A DNA stretch of 59,869 bases from Actinomycetota bacterium (lineage in GTDB: Bacteria > Actinomycetota > Humimicrobiia > Humimicrobiales > Humimicrobiaceae): contig VGAZ01000003.1 in the NCBI GenBank assembly GCA_016870615.1, positions 1 to 59,869 on the forward strand, in the 5' to 3' direction. Positions 29,499 to 39,877 of this stretch are shown here, piece by piece; positions within the stretch are counted from its first letter, which is position 1, and each line of letters begins with the position of its first letter. Made by a program: the position numbers and the translations under genes. The notes beneath the pieces are model-generated. The model did no database searches. It was not told the origin of the DNA and saw only the letters and a program-made list of their open reading frames with translations.

Positions 29499-29858
29499 AT
29501 GACCCGTATTAAAAGAGGAGTTATAAAAAGAAAAAAACACAGCGCGGTTTTAAAAGCAACCAAAGGTTATTCAGGAGCAAGAAGCCGCAATTACCGGATT
29601 GCAAAACAGGAACTTTTAAAGTCCTTAAGCTATGCTTATATAGACAGGAAGAATAAAAAACGCACTTTCAGGAGCCTGTGGATAATAAGGATAAATGCAG
29701 CGGCAAGATCCAATGGAATATCATATAATGAACTAATAAACGGCCTTAAGCTTGCAAAAGTTGATATCAACAGGAAAATGCTCTCAGAAATAGCATTAAA
29801 CGATCCGGCTGCCTTTGCAAAACTTGCAGAAGTTGCAAAAAAACAGGTAAGCGCATAA
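29499..29858 (+). CDS. rplT: 50S ribosomal protein L20
   Basis: [18 protein letters not shown] and INRKML motifs. Confidence 0.97.
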   Translation: MTRIKRGVIKRKKHSAVLKATKGYSGARSRNYRIAKQELLKSLSYAYIDRKNKKRTFRSLWIIRINAAARSNGISYNELINGLKLAKVDINRKMLSEIALNDPAAFAKLAEVAKKQVSA

Positions 29859-29860
29859 AA

Positions 29861-30901
29861 ATGAATATCACAGATTCAAGTGAAATAATTAAAAAACTTG
29901 CGGAAGAAAAAGAAAAATTCAGCAGGGATATAAAGGAAGTATCCAGCTCTGAAGATGTTTATAAATTAAAGGTCAGGTATATCGGGGCAAAAAGTTTCAT
30001 TATATCTACACTTGGCAGCGTGGGAAGCCTGCCGGCGCAAATAAGGCCGGTAGTCGGCAGGGAAACAAACATAGTAAAAAAAGAAATAGAGGCAGTGCTT
30101 GAACAGAAGGAAAAGTATTTTAAAAGCCTGCAGTTTGACCTTGATTTAAGAAAAGAAAAAATTGACATAAGTCTTCCTGGCAGGAAAATGCCTGCAGGAA
30201 AAAAGCATATAATATCTGCGGTTATTGAAGAAATTGAGGATATTTTTATTGGAATGGGCTTTGAGATTGCAGAAGGCCCTGAGGTTGAAACAGACTATTA
30301 CAATTTTGAGGCATTAAATACGCCGGCCGATCATCCTGCAAGATCGCTGCATGATACTTTTTTTATATCAGAAGATACTCTACTTCGAACACACACTTCA
30401 CCTGTACAGATAAGGTATATGGAAAAAAACAAACCGCCAATATATATTATTGTACCGGGTAAAGTTTACAGGAAGGATTATGACATATCCCATACTCCAA
30501 TGTTTACACAGATAGAAGGCCTTGTTGTAGATAAAACAATTAATTTTGGCAATCTTAAATGGATGCTTGAAAAGTTTGTGCATGAAATTTTTGGCAAAGA
30601 GCGAAAAGTAAGGTTCAGGCCGCATTATTTTCCTTTTACAGAACCCAGTGCGGAGGTTGATGTATCCTGCGACATATGTGCGGGCAGCGGCTGCAGGACA
30701 TGCGGAGGCTCAGGCTGGCTTGAAATACTTGGCGCAGGCATGGTGGATCCTAATTTATACAGGTATGTAAATTATGACCCTGAAGAGGTAAATGGTTTTG
30801 CATTTGGCATGGGCATTGAGCGCATATGCATGCTTAAATATGGCATAAATGATATAAGACTTTTTTATGAAAATGACTTAAGGTTCATAGACCAGTTCTA
30901 A
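29861..30901 (+). CDS. pheS: Phenylalanine--tRNA ligase alpha subunit
   Basis: HPAR, LRTHTSPVQ, YFPFTEPS and GFAFGMGIER motifs. Confidence 0.97.
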   Translation: MNITDSSEIIKKLAEEKEKFSRDIKEVSSSEDVYKLKVRYIGAKSFIISTLGSVGSLPAQIRPVVGRETNIVKKEIEAVLEQKEKYFKSLQFDLDLRKEKIDISLPGRKMPAGKKHIISAVIEEIEDIFIGMGFEIAEGPEVETDYYNFEALNTPADHPARSLHDTFFISEDTLLRTHTSPVQIRYMEKNKPPIYIIVPGKVYRKDYDISHTPMFTQIEGLVVDKTINFGNLKWMLEKFVHEIFGKERKVRFRPHYFPFTEPSAEVDVSCDICAGSGCRTCGGSGWLEILGAGMVDPNLYRYVNYDPEEVNGFAFGMGIERICMLKYGINDIRLFYENDLRFIDQF

Positions 30902-30940
30902 TGCTTTTTTGCATTTTTATACATGAAAGGTATTTTTTAA

Positions 30941-33385
30941 TTGAAAGTAACACTTAACTGGCTGAAAGAATTTCTTGATTTGGGTAACCGGGGTATAAAT
31001 CCCGCCGAAATTGCTTCAATGCTGACAATGAGCGGCACAGAAGTTAAGAAAATCGAGTACACTGGTGAAAAGTTTAAAAATATAGTAGTGGGGAAAATAA
31101 TTGATTTTAAGCAGCATCCCAATGCAGACAAACTCTCTGTGTGCCAGGTTGACAGCGGTACAGGATTATTAAACATAGTATGCGGAGCAAATAATTTTTC
31201 AAAAAATGATAAAGTTGCGCTTGCTCTTGAAGGTGCGGTAACTTCCCAGGGCCTTAAAATAGGCAAAAGCAAACTCAGGGGGGAAATATCTGAAGGCATG
31301 ATGTGCTCAGAATATGAGCTGGGGTTTTCAGATGAGTCAGAAGGCATAATGATTTTAAGCAGCTCCTGTACTGTTGGACAGGGTTTTGCTGAATCTCTTG
31401 GAATTGACGATGTTGTATTTGAGCTTGAGATAACACCTAACAGGCCTGATTGTTTAAATGTTGCAGGGATTGCAAGGGAAATAAGTGTACTTGCAGACAT
31501 ACCTTTAAAAGAGAGGGATTATGATGCTGAAGAAAGGCTTAATAATGATAAGGATTATGAAATAGAAATAAAAGATTATACTTTGTGCCCTCGCTACTGC
31601 GCAAAAATATTTAAGGATATCCCGAAAATAGAAAGCCCTGAATGGCTTAAAAACCGGCTCATAATGTGTGACTACAGGCCCATTGATTTGATTGTCGATA
31701 TTACAAATTATGTTATGCATGAAGTTGGCCAGCCTCTGCATGCATTTGATGCCGATCTTCTTTATTCAAATAAGATTATTATAAGAACAGCAAAAAGCGG
31801 TGAAAAAATAAGAAGCATAGATGACAGTATCAGAAACCTCAAAGAAGACATGCTTGTTATTGCCGATGAAAAAAAACCTGTCGCTATTGCCGGTGTCATG
31901 GGGGGAAAAGACACAGAAATTAATACATCAACTAAAAATGTTTTACTTGAGTCTGCCAATTTTTATGGTCCGTCCATAATGCGGACATCCTCAGCACTTG
32001 GCCTTCGCTCTGAAGCCTCAAACAGGTTTGAGAAAAAACTTGACCCTGGGCTGACGCTTATTGCGATAAAAAGATTTGAAGAGCTGCTCTCAGAAATTAC
32101 CGGCACAAAATTTGCCGGTACAATATATGATAATTATAAAAAAACTGCAAGGACAAGAACTATTGGCTTAAGGCTGGATAAGGTAAAAAGTGTACTTGGC
32201 ACAGAAATAGAAGCCGCCCAAATCAGCCGTATTCTTTCCGGGCTGGGAATAAAAACAAAAATAAAATCTGCAGAATTTGCTGAAAATATTAAAAGCGATA
32301 TCATTGCTGCTGAAATACCGTCTTTTAGATTTGAGGATCTTGAAAGAGAGATTGACCTCATTGAGGAAATTGCAAGGATTTATGGTTTTGAAAAATTTGT
32401 TTCTGCCCCACCGGCTGCATTGCTCAGGGGCGGAAAATATTCTTTTTTCCAGAAAACTTTAAGGCAGTTAAGGCAATTATTATGCGATAGCGGATTTTAT
32501 GAAGTTATAAATTACTCCTTTACAGGAGCGCAGTGGCTGCAGAAGGTAAAAACCGCCAGTGAAGACCAATACAGCAGTGCTGTTAAAATAATAAATCCCA
32601 TTAATGAAGAGTTTGAATATCTAAGGACATCGCCGCTTCCCCTTATGGTAAAAAATGCTGTAAATAACATAAATCATGATGTTAGAAATATAAGGATATT
32701 TGAGATTACAAAAGTATACAAACGCTTAGAAGATAAAAAACTTCCGGAAGAAAAAACAGTGCTTGGCGTTTTAATTTCCGGAAAATCCTGGCTTAAGTCC
32801 TGGAATGAAAATGAGAAGGCATTCGATTTCTTTGACTTAAAAGGAGTGCTGGAACTACTTTACAGCCGTTTTTACGGAAGCACCCCAGCCTTTGAAATTT
32901 CTGGCAGAGAGTTTAAATTTTTCCACCCTGCTGTAAGCGCAGAAATTATTGCAGGAAAAACAGCAGCAGGAATTATAGGAAAAATCCATCCCCTGATTAT
33001 TGAGGATCTCGATATTTTGCAGGATATTTTTTACATGGAACTTGACCTTGAGGTTTTTATAAAAAATTCAGGAAGGCAATTAAAGTTTAAACCCATACCA
33101 CAGTTTCCTGCAATTGTAATAGACATTGCGATTGTTGTAGATAAAGATGCAAAAAATTCTGAAATAGTTAATGAGATAGAAAAATCCGGTACCAGCCTTC
33201 TTAAAGAAGTAAAATTGTTTGATATTTATGTAGGCAGGCAGGTTGAGGAAGGCAAAAAAAGCATAGCCTACTCGCTTACTTTCCGTGATGACCTGCGAAC
33301 CTTGAAGGACACAGAGGTTGATATTATAGTTAAAAGAATAGTCCAAAACCTGGGCAGGAAATTTGGAGCCAAACTCCGCCAGTAA
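30941..33385 (+). CDS. pheT: Phenylalanine--tRNA ligase beta subunit
   Basis: HPNADKL, IVCGANN, ITPNRPD and DLIEEIAR motifs; C-terminal FDX-ACB domain. Confidence 0.97.
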   Translation: MKVTLNWLKEFLDLGNRGINPAEIASMLTMSGTEVKKIEYTGEKFKNIVVGKIIDFKQHPNADKLSVCQVDSGTGLLNIVCGANNFSKNDKVALALEGAVTSQGLKIGKSKLRGEISEGMMCSEYELGFSDESEGIMILSSSCTVGQGFAESLGIDDVVFELEITPNRPDCLNVAGIAREISVLADIPLKERDYDAEERLNNDKDYEIEIKDYTLCPRYCAKIFKDIPKIESPEWLKNRLIMCDYRPIDLIVDITNYVMHEVGQPLHAFDADLLYSNKIIIRTAKSGEKIRSIDDSIRNLKEDMLVIADEKKPVAIAGVMGGKDTEINTSTKNVLLESANFYGPSIMRTSSALGLRSEASNRFEKKLDPGLTLIAIKRFEELLSEITGTKFAGTIYDNYKKTARTRTIGLRLDKVKSVLGTEIEAAQISRILSGLGIKTKIKSAEFAENIKSDIIAAEIPSFRFEDLEREIDLIEEIARIYGFEKFVSAPPAALLRGGKYSFFQKTLRQLRQLLCDSGFYEVINYSFTGAQWLQKVKTASEDQYSSAVKIINPINEEFEYLRTSPLPLMVKNAVNNINHDVRNIRIFEITKVYKRLEDKKLPEEKTVLGVLISGKSWLKSWNENEKAFDFFDLKGVLELLYSRFYGSTPAFEISGREFKFFHPAVSAEIIAGKTAAGIIGKIHPLIIEDLDILQDIFYMELDLEVFIKNSGRQLKFKPIPQFPAIVIDIAIVVDKDAKNSEIVNEIEKSGTSLLKEVKLFDIYVGRQVEEGKKSIAYSLTFRDDLRTLKDTEVDIIVKRIVQNLGRKFGAKLRQ

Positions 33386-33764
33386 TTAAAATTCTGCGCT
33401 GGCTATTTCAATTCAACAAAAGCTGATTTTTAACCTTTCAACTTTTTTAAAGTGCCAGAATTATGTAGCAAATTATAAAAAAATATTTACCCCGTTTTTC
33501 AATAAAGCAAATTTAGCAAGCATCTAAAATTTTGTAACCGCAATAAAAGAAAATTTTAATAGCAAGGATAGGTATTTCAAACAGTTTTAACAGTACCTGT
33601 GCCGGCCAATTATTTTTATCATGGAATTTTGGATGCTAACCCCAATTTATTTGTACTTAACAAATAATCTGAATATAATTATAAAAAGGGGACGTTTCCC
33701 TCTTGCCAGATGATTTTTTACATAATGTTTTTTCTTAAACTAAGTGAAAGGAATGGGAATAATC

Positions 33765-34961
33765 ATGAGATATAAAAAAATCCTTTTTTATTTTTTTATC
33801 ACTGTTCTTATTCTTCTTATGATTTTACCAGCCACAAGTTGTATATCCAATAAAAAACTCTATGATGCTTCACAAAAGATGAAAAAAATTAATCAGGAAT
33901 TCAGTAAGACAGAAGGAGTGATTGGCCTGCTTGACAGTCTTGGTGTCGGGGATGTTCCAAACTATCCTGGCTCAACTTATGATTATGAGCTGAATATGGA
34001 AATGGGTGAATTTAAAAACCAGCTTATAGATATACCAACCGAATTTTACAATGTTTTATACACTGTTTATGTTATTAAGGCCAGCCAGGAACAGGTAATT
34101 GACTTTTACAATAATAAAATGCAAGAGCTTCAATGGGAAAAAACAGTAGAACAAACATCAGATAAAGGCTCGTTAAATGCCTGGAGAAAAACTGGTTATG
34201 ATGAAGTCGAAGTTATATATATTTTATTATCCGGGACAATTAATTATTCCGGAAGGCAGGAATTCGTGATTTTAAAGGGATTTATTATAAATGAAAATAA
34301 TAATAATGTGAAAACCACAGGCGATTCTTTAAAGGAAGGAAACGAAATCGGGCCGGGCAGCGTATATTTTGAAAATCCGGGTTTAATTGAAGGAGAGGGC
34401 CTTCTTATGACAAAACCTGTATCATCGGGAGTGGAGCAGTGGCAGAAATGGCTTCAGGATAGCTCAGGAGATAATTCAGGCAATGAAGTTTTATTAAAAG
34501 ATGACCCTATGTTTATAAAAGTTGCTGAGTTTAGCAGAAAGAGCGGTGCAATGGATGGAGGGGCCGCAGGTATTTACCAGGAGCTTGATTTGGATTTGCA
34601 GGATTATTCTTCAGTAAATATCTGGCTTACAGGCAAAGTCATTTATGAAGAAGGCGGCAATATAGCAAATGTCAATAAAAGCGGTTTTCCTGAAGGGGCA
34701 ATGCAGGTGCGGATAAAATACCTTGATAAAAATGATGAAATAAAAGAATGGCACCATGGGTTTTTTTATTCAAATATTACCTATTATGACAAACTTAATT
34801 ACAGCCTTGTAACCAAGGATAAATGGTTCTGGTACATAAGCCCGAATCTTCTTGAGCTTGACAGCCAACCGCAGACTATTAAAGAAATAAGGATATACGG
34901 TTTTGGCTGGCAATTTACTGGACAGTTTGCAGAAATAAATATCATAGGGAATAAGGGTTAA
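33765..34961 (+). CDS. Hypothetical lipoprotein with a beta-rich C-terminal domain
   Basis: Basic N-terminus, hydrophobic stretch and PATSC lipobox-like motif; long clean ORF. Confidence 0.7.
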   Translation: MRYKKILFYFFITVLILLMILPATSCISNKKLYDASQKMKKINQEFSKTEGVIGLLDSLGVGDVPNYPGSTYDYELNMEMGEFKNQLIDIPTEFYNVLYTVYVIKASQEQVIDFYNNKMQELQWEKTVEQTSDKGSLNAWRKTGYDEVEVIYILLSGTINYSGRQEFVILKGFIINENNNNVKTTGDSLKEGNEIGPGSVYFENPGLIEGEGLLMTKPVSSGVEQWQKWLQDSSGDNSGNEVLLKDDPMFIKVAEFSRKSGAMDGGAAGIYQELDLDLQDYSSVNIWLTGKVIYEEGGNIANVNKSGFPEGAMQVRIKYLDKNDEIKEWHHGFFYSNITYYDKLNYSLVTKDKWFWYISPNLLELDSQPQTIKEIRIYGFGWQFTGQFAEINIIGNKG

Positions 34962-35055
34962 AAATTAATAGATTTATTATGCAAATTAAGGCAGATAAGG
35001 AAGATAATTATTCCAGCTTTAAAGATATTAAAATAATCATTGGCAGGAGCATATA

Positions 35056-37458
35056 ATGATAAAAGAACTTTCAGCAAATGACTTAAAAATTATTTTTGAC
35101 AGCAAAAAGATTAATTGTAATTCAACCGATGAACTTGAGCCCCTGGAAGGCATTATAGGGCAGGACAGGGCCGTAAAAGCGCTGAAGTTTGGGCTAAATA
35201 TTTCAAACAGCGGATTTAATATTTTTGTATCAGGCTACTCCGGCACAGGAAGGACTACAAGCGTAAAGGAATTTGTTGAGGAAGTGGCTAAAACCAAGCC
35301 AACCCCTCCGGACTGGTGTTATGTTAATAATTTTAATGACTCGTACCAGCCCAATGTAATTGAACTGCCTCCGGGCAGGGGTAAGGTATTTCGCGAGGAT
35401 ATCAAGAATTTTGTTGACTCTGTAAAAAGCCTCCTGCCAAAAGTATTTGAAAGCAAGGATTATACTGAAAAAAGGGATGCAATTGTAAAAAATGCAGATA
35501 CTGCAAAGCAGGAACTTTTAAATGGTTTAAACAGCAGGGCCCAGTCACAGGGATTTATTTTAAAAACAACCCAGATTGGGGTGTTTATTGTACCTGTAAT
35601 AAACGGCAAAGTTTTAAATGACCAGGATTTCCTGAAACTTGACCAGAAAACAAAAGACAAGATGCAGGAAAAAAGAACTGCAATAAATGATGATATGAAA
35701 AAAACAATGGACACAGTCCGGTCATACGATAAAAAACTTGCAGAAGACATAAAACAGCTAAACCATGATGCTGCGCTTTATGCGATAGAAAAGTTTATTA
35801 ATGATATAAAAACAGATTATAAAGATGTGGCTGAAGTCATTGAATTTGTTGAGGAAATACAAAAGGATATTTTAAAGAATGTTGATATTTTTATACCCGG
35901 GAATTTAAAAACAGGCCAGCAGCAGGATATTTTTCCATGGCTTAAGGAAGCTCCTTTTAAAAAGTATGAGGTAAACCTTATTGTTGACAACTCGGGTCTT
36001 TCCGGGGCGCCGGTAGTGATAGAGCAGAACCCGACGTACCAGAATCTTTTCGGCAGGATAGAAAAAGAAGCCCAGTTTGGTGTTCTTACAACGGATTTTA
36101 CCATGATAAGAAGCGGGGCCATACACAGGTCAAACGGGGGTTTTCTTGTTATGCCGGTGGAAGAACTGCTTAAAAATTTTTTTTCCTGGGACAGCTTAAA
36201 AATGGCGCTGGTTAATAAAGAAATAACGATAGAGGAAGCTTCTGAAAAACTTGGCTATGTGTCAACCAAGGGACTGAGACCCGAGCCTTTACCGCTGGAT
36301 GTCAAGGTGATACTTATCGGAAATCCAATTTACTTTAATTTACTTTTTTCTCTTGATGATGATTTTAAAAAACTATTCAAAGTAAAAGCTGATTTTGACC
36401 TGAGTATGGACAGGAATGACGACAATATAAAAAATTATGCCAGGTTCATTTGCACTATATGTAATAAGGAAAAACTAAAGCACCTGGAAGCCCCTGCAGT
36501 TATAAAAGTCATTGAATACAGCTGCCGGCTTGCAGAAAACAGAGAAAAAGTCTCGACAAGATTTTCAGATATTGCTGATATTATAACTGAAGCAAATTAT
36601 TATGCTTACAGTGAAAATTCAAAATATATTAAGACAGGGCATATAAAAAAAGCTATTGAAGAAAAAGTATTTCGCTCCAATCTTATGGAGGAAAAAATAA
36701 AAGAGCATATAAATGATGGCACAATACTCATTGATACTAAAAGTTCTGCAATTGGCCAGATTAACGGGCTTTCTGTCACAAGCCTTGGCGACTATTCATT
36801 CGGCAGGCCTTCAAGAGTTACTGCTTCAATTGGTGCAGGAAAAGACGGCATTATTGATATTGAAAGGGAAACAAAACTTGGAGGCCCAATACATACAAAA
36901 GGAGTGCTTATACTCAGCGGCTACATTGCCCAGAAATATTCAGCAGACAAACCTCTTAACCTGTCGGCAAGAATTGTGTTTGAACAGAGCTATGGCGGCA
37001 TTGAGGGAGACAGCGCATCAAGCGCAGAGCTTTATGCCCTGCTCTCAGCCCTTTCAGGGATACCGATAAAACAAAACTTTGCAGTTACCGGCTCGGTTAA
37101 TCAGAAAGGCCAGGTACAGGCAATTGGCGGGGTAAATGAAAAGATAGAGGGATTTTTTGCAGTTTGCAGGGCAAGGGGCCTTACAGGGGACCAGGGGGTG
37201 ATTATACCCCAAAGCAATATAAAAAACCTTGTATTAAAAGATGAAGTTATAGAGGCAGTAAAAGAAAACAAATTCCACATTTATATTGTAAGCACGATTG
37301 AAGAGGGAATTGAAATACTTACCGGAGTCAAAGCCGGGAAGATGGGTAGTGATGGTAAGTATGAGGAAGGCACAATCAATTACAGGATAAATAAAAAGAT
37401 TGAAGAGCTTGCAGAGAAAATGAAAAACCTTAAAGGCAGCAGCGTTAAAGATGTATAA
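35056..37458 (+). CDS. Lon-like (LonC / AAA_32) protease
   Basis: IGQDRA, DWCYVNNF, EGDSAS (Ser) and GGVNEKIEGF (Lys) motifs. Confidence 0.92.
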   Translation: MIKELSANDLKIIFDSKKINCNSTDELEPLEGIIGQDRAVKALKFGLNISNSGFNIFVSGYSGTGRTTSVKEFVEEVAKTKPTPPDWCYVNNFNDSYQPNVIELPPGRGKVFREDIKNFVDSVKSLLPKVFESKDYTEKRDAIVKNADTAKQELLNGLNSRAQSQGFILKTTQIGVFIVPVINGKVLNDQDFLKLDQKTKDKMQEKRTAINDDMKKTMDTVRSYDKKLAEDIKQLNHDAALYAIEKFINDIKTDYKDVAEVIEFVEEIQKDILKNVDIFIPGNLKTGQQQDIFPWLKEAPFKKYEVNLIVDNSGLSGAPVVIEQNPTYQNLFGRIEKEAQFGVLTTDFTMIRSGAIHRSNGGFLVMPVEELLKNFFSWDSLKMALVNKEITIEEASEKLGYVSTKGLRPEPLPLDVKVILIGNPIYFNLLFSLDDDFKKLFKVKADFDLSMDRNDDNIKNYARFICTICNKEKLKHLEAPAVIKVIEYSCRLAENREKVSTRFSDIADIITEANYYAYSENSKYIKTGHIKKAIEEKVFRSNLMEEKIKEHINDGTILIDTKSSAIGQINGLSVTSLGDYSFGRPSRVTASIGAGKDGIIDIERETKLGGPIHTKGVLILSGYIAQKYSADKPLNLSARIVFEQSYGGIEGDSASSAELYALLSALSGIPIKQNFAVTGSVNQKGQVQAIGGVNEKIEGFFAVCRARGLTGDQGVIIPQSNIKNLVLKDEVIEAVKENKFHIYIVSTIEEGIEILTGVKAGKMGSDGKYEEGTINYRINKKIEELAEKMKNLKGSSVKDV

Positions 37459-37555
37459 TACCTTCTTTTTCTTCAGCAGTAAACATATCTAAATTAAGTA
37501 ATGCTTTGGCCAATCAATAAAGTTCTGGCTGTATTTTTTGAAGATAATAAAAATA

Positions 37556-37599
37556 GGCATAATATTTGCATAATATTTAATAAATATGTATAATATGCA
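37556..37599 (+). promoter_or_regulatory. arg operon promoter overlapped by ARG-box-like repeats
   Basis: TTGCAT-17nt-TATAAT (37566-37594); repeated GCATAATAT; TTAATAAATATGTA resembles the TGAAT-N4-ATGCA ARG core. Confidence 0.55.
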
Positions 37600-37693
37600 A
37601 TATTAAAGATTATAAATTATAATATTTTAAAAATATTGGAATAAATAGTAATTCCACGATCATTACAAAATATCAGGGATATTAAAGATAATT

Positions 37694-38881
37694 ATGTTAA
37701 AGGCAATTAAAACTGCAGTGATAGGCGGTTCAGGGTATACCGGCCTTGAGCTCGTAAAGCTCCTTATAAAACATAAATATGCAAACTTAAGCCTCCTGAC
37801 ATCAAATACCTACAGTGGCATGGCGCTGCAGGATGCATTTGCATATTTTAAAAACTTAAACTGCGCAGGAATTGCGTTTAAGGCAACAGACAGTATAACA
37901 TACAATGATTTTGCAGCCACTGACCTTGTTTTTCTTTGCCTTCCGCCGCATCAATCCATGGAGTTTGCAGCAAATCACCTTAAAGATTACAGAGGCAAAG
38001 TAATAGATATAGGCAGTGACTTCAGGATCAAGGATCCGGAATCATATAGAGAATGGTATGGTAAAGACCACATTGCCACCGGCATGCTTAAAGATTTTAT
38101 ATATGGCCTTCCGGAAATAAACGGGGAGCAGATAAAACATGCAAAGTACATTGCAAATCCTGGCTGCTATCCCACATCAGTGCTCTTATGCCTTGCGCCG
38201 CTTGCAGGATTATTGTCAAAAAATGAGCCGGTTGGAAAAGAACCATTTTCGGATAAGATTTTACCCTGTTGTGGCGGTCCGGACATAAAAGGGCAATTAC
38301 AAATAGCTGATATTAATATCGATTCAAAATCAGGCGTTTCAGGCGCAGGAAGGAAACTTAAGGATGAATATCTTTTCTGCAGCGCAAATGAAAACTTTTA
38401 TGCATACGGCCCGCTTCTTCACAGGCACATAGGCGAAATGGAACAGGAGATTGAAGAGCTCTGCGGCAGTAAATTTGCAATATCTTTTACGCCTCACCTG
38501 CTTCCTGTTGAAAGGGGAATATTTACGTCTGTTTACTGTAAACTAAGATTTGGGGCCAGTTATAATGAAAAATCCTGCTGTTGCGACAGTAACAGCAAAA
38601 CCGGATCCAAAGATGCGGCAGTTAAGGAAATTGTTGAAAGCCTTTTTTCATGGTATTACAAAAATTGCCTCTTTGTAAAATTCATTGGTCAAAAAATTCC
38701 GCAGATAAAAGATGTCTTAAATACAAATTTCTGCCATATTGGCTATGCTTATGATAACAGGACTGATACTCTTAAGCTTTTTTCTGCAATAGATAATCTT
38801 TTAAAAGGCGCAGCCGGACAGGCAATACAGAATATGAATATAATGTTTGGATTTAAACAGGAAGAGGGACTTAATGAGTGA
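37694..38881 (+). CDS. argC: N-acetyl-gamma-glutamyl-phosphate reductase
   Basis: GGSGYTG, ANPGCYPT, SGVSGAGR and DNLLKGAAGQA motifs. Confidence 0.95.
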   Translation: MLKAIKTAVIGGSGYTGLELVKLLIKHKYANLSLLTSNTYSGMALQDAFAYFKNLNCAGIAFKATDSITYNDFAATDLVFLCLPPHQSMEFAANHLKDYRGKVIDIGSDFRIKDPESYREWYGKDHIATGMLKDFIYGLPEINGEQIKHAKYIANPGCYPTSVLLCLAPLAGLLSKNEPVGKEPFSDKILPCCGGPDIKGQLQIADINIDSKSGVSGAGRKLKDEYLFCSANENFYAYGPLLHRHIGEMEQEIEELCGSKFAISFTPHLLPVERGIFTSVYCKLRFGASYNEKSCCCDSNSKTGSKDAAVKEIVESLFSWYYKNCLFVKFIGQKIPQIKDVLNTNFCHIGYAYDNRTDTLKLFSAIDNLLKGAAGQAIQNMNIMFGFKQEEGLNE

Positions 38882-39800
38882 TATCTCATATTATGGGGAT
38901 AATGAAAACAAAATTGAGGGTTTTTATCTTAATAAGGCCCAGGTGCTGCTTGAGGCCCTGCCGTATATAAAAGAGTATTTCAACAAGATTGTTGTTATAA
39001 AAATTGGCGGTTCCATGATGGAAAATGATGCAATAATGCAGAGTGTCCTTGATGATGTAATACTTATGAAGTACGTTGGAATTAAAGTTGTTCTTGTTCA
39101 CGGGGGCGGAAAACAGATAACTGAAATGATGAAAGAAAGAAATATTGAAGTAGAGTTTGTGGATGGTATGAGGGTTACAAACGCTGAAGCTATTGATGTT
39201 ATAAAAATGGTTTTAATAGGCAATATAAACACAAAGATAGTTTCTTTTTTAAACAGGCATGGCAAAACAGCAGTTGGAGTAAGCGGAAATGACGGCAGCT
39301 TCATAAACTGCAGGAAAAAAATCTATAAAAAAGACGGAAAGGAAATTGATCTCGGGTTTGTAGGCGAGATTAAAGATATTGACTCAACATTTATAAAAAA
39401 TATGCTTTCAAATGATTATATCCCGGTAATTGCAACACTTGGTTCAGACAATCAGGGCAACATCTATAATATAAATGCTGACACCTGCTCAAGCAGCATA
39501 GCGTCTTCGCTTAATGCTTTGAAAATGATACTTCTTACAGATGTAGACGGCATTATGACTGGAAATGGCCAAAACGTCCAGGGAGAAAAAAAGCTTATAT
39601 CAAGGCTTTCTGCACAAAAATGCGGCCAGATGATAAAAGAAGGACAGATAAGTGCAGGAATGATACCCAAAGTTAATGCCTGTATAGATTCATTAAAAAA
39701 AGGAGTTGGCCGCACTCATATATTAAACGGCACAACACAACATTCAATACTGGTTGAGGTATTTACTGATAAAGGAATAGGGACAATGATAACCCTTTAG
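38874..39800 (+). CDS. argB: Acetylglutamate kinase
   Basis: EALPYI, KIGGS, VHGGG, NINAD and GMIPKV motifs. Confidence 0.96.
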   Translation: MSDISYYGDNENKIEGFYLNKAQVLLEALPYIKEYFNKIVVIKIGGSMMENDAIMQSVLDDVILMKYVGIKVVLVHGGGKQITEMMKERNIEVEFVDGMRVTNAEAIDVIKMVLIGNINTKIVSFLNRHGKTAVGVSGNDGSFINCRKKIYKKDGKEIDLGFVGEIKDIDSTFIKNMLSNDYIPVIATLGSDNQGNIYNINADTCSSSIASSLNALKMILLTDVDGIMTGNGQNVQGEKKLISRLSAQKCGQMIKEGQISAGMIPKVNACIDSLKKGVGRTHILNGTTQHSILVEVFTDKGIGTMITL

Positions 39801-39824
39801 CTTACCGGGTAAGCAGTTTTTTTT
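39800..39824 (+). terminator. Possible intrinsic terminator or attenuator between argB and argD
   Basis: GCTTAC-CGG-GTAAGC followed by a T run. Confidence 0.45.
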
Positions 39825-39877
39825 AAAAAATATTTTAAGGTGCTAAATAAATTTAAGCTAAAAAGGAACAGGTTTTA

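Noticed and set aside
35230-35262. Walker A with Arg instead of Lys (GTGRTT) in the Lon-like protease
   Set aside because: Degenerate ATPase motifs are already known for LonC-type proteases
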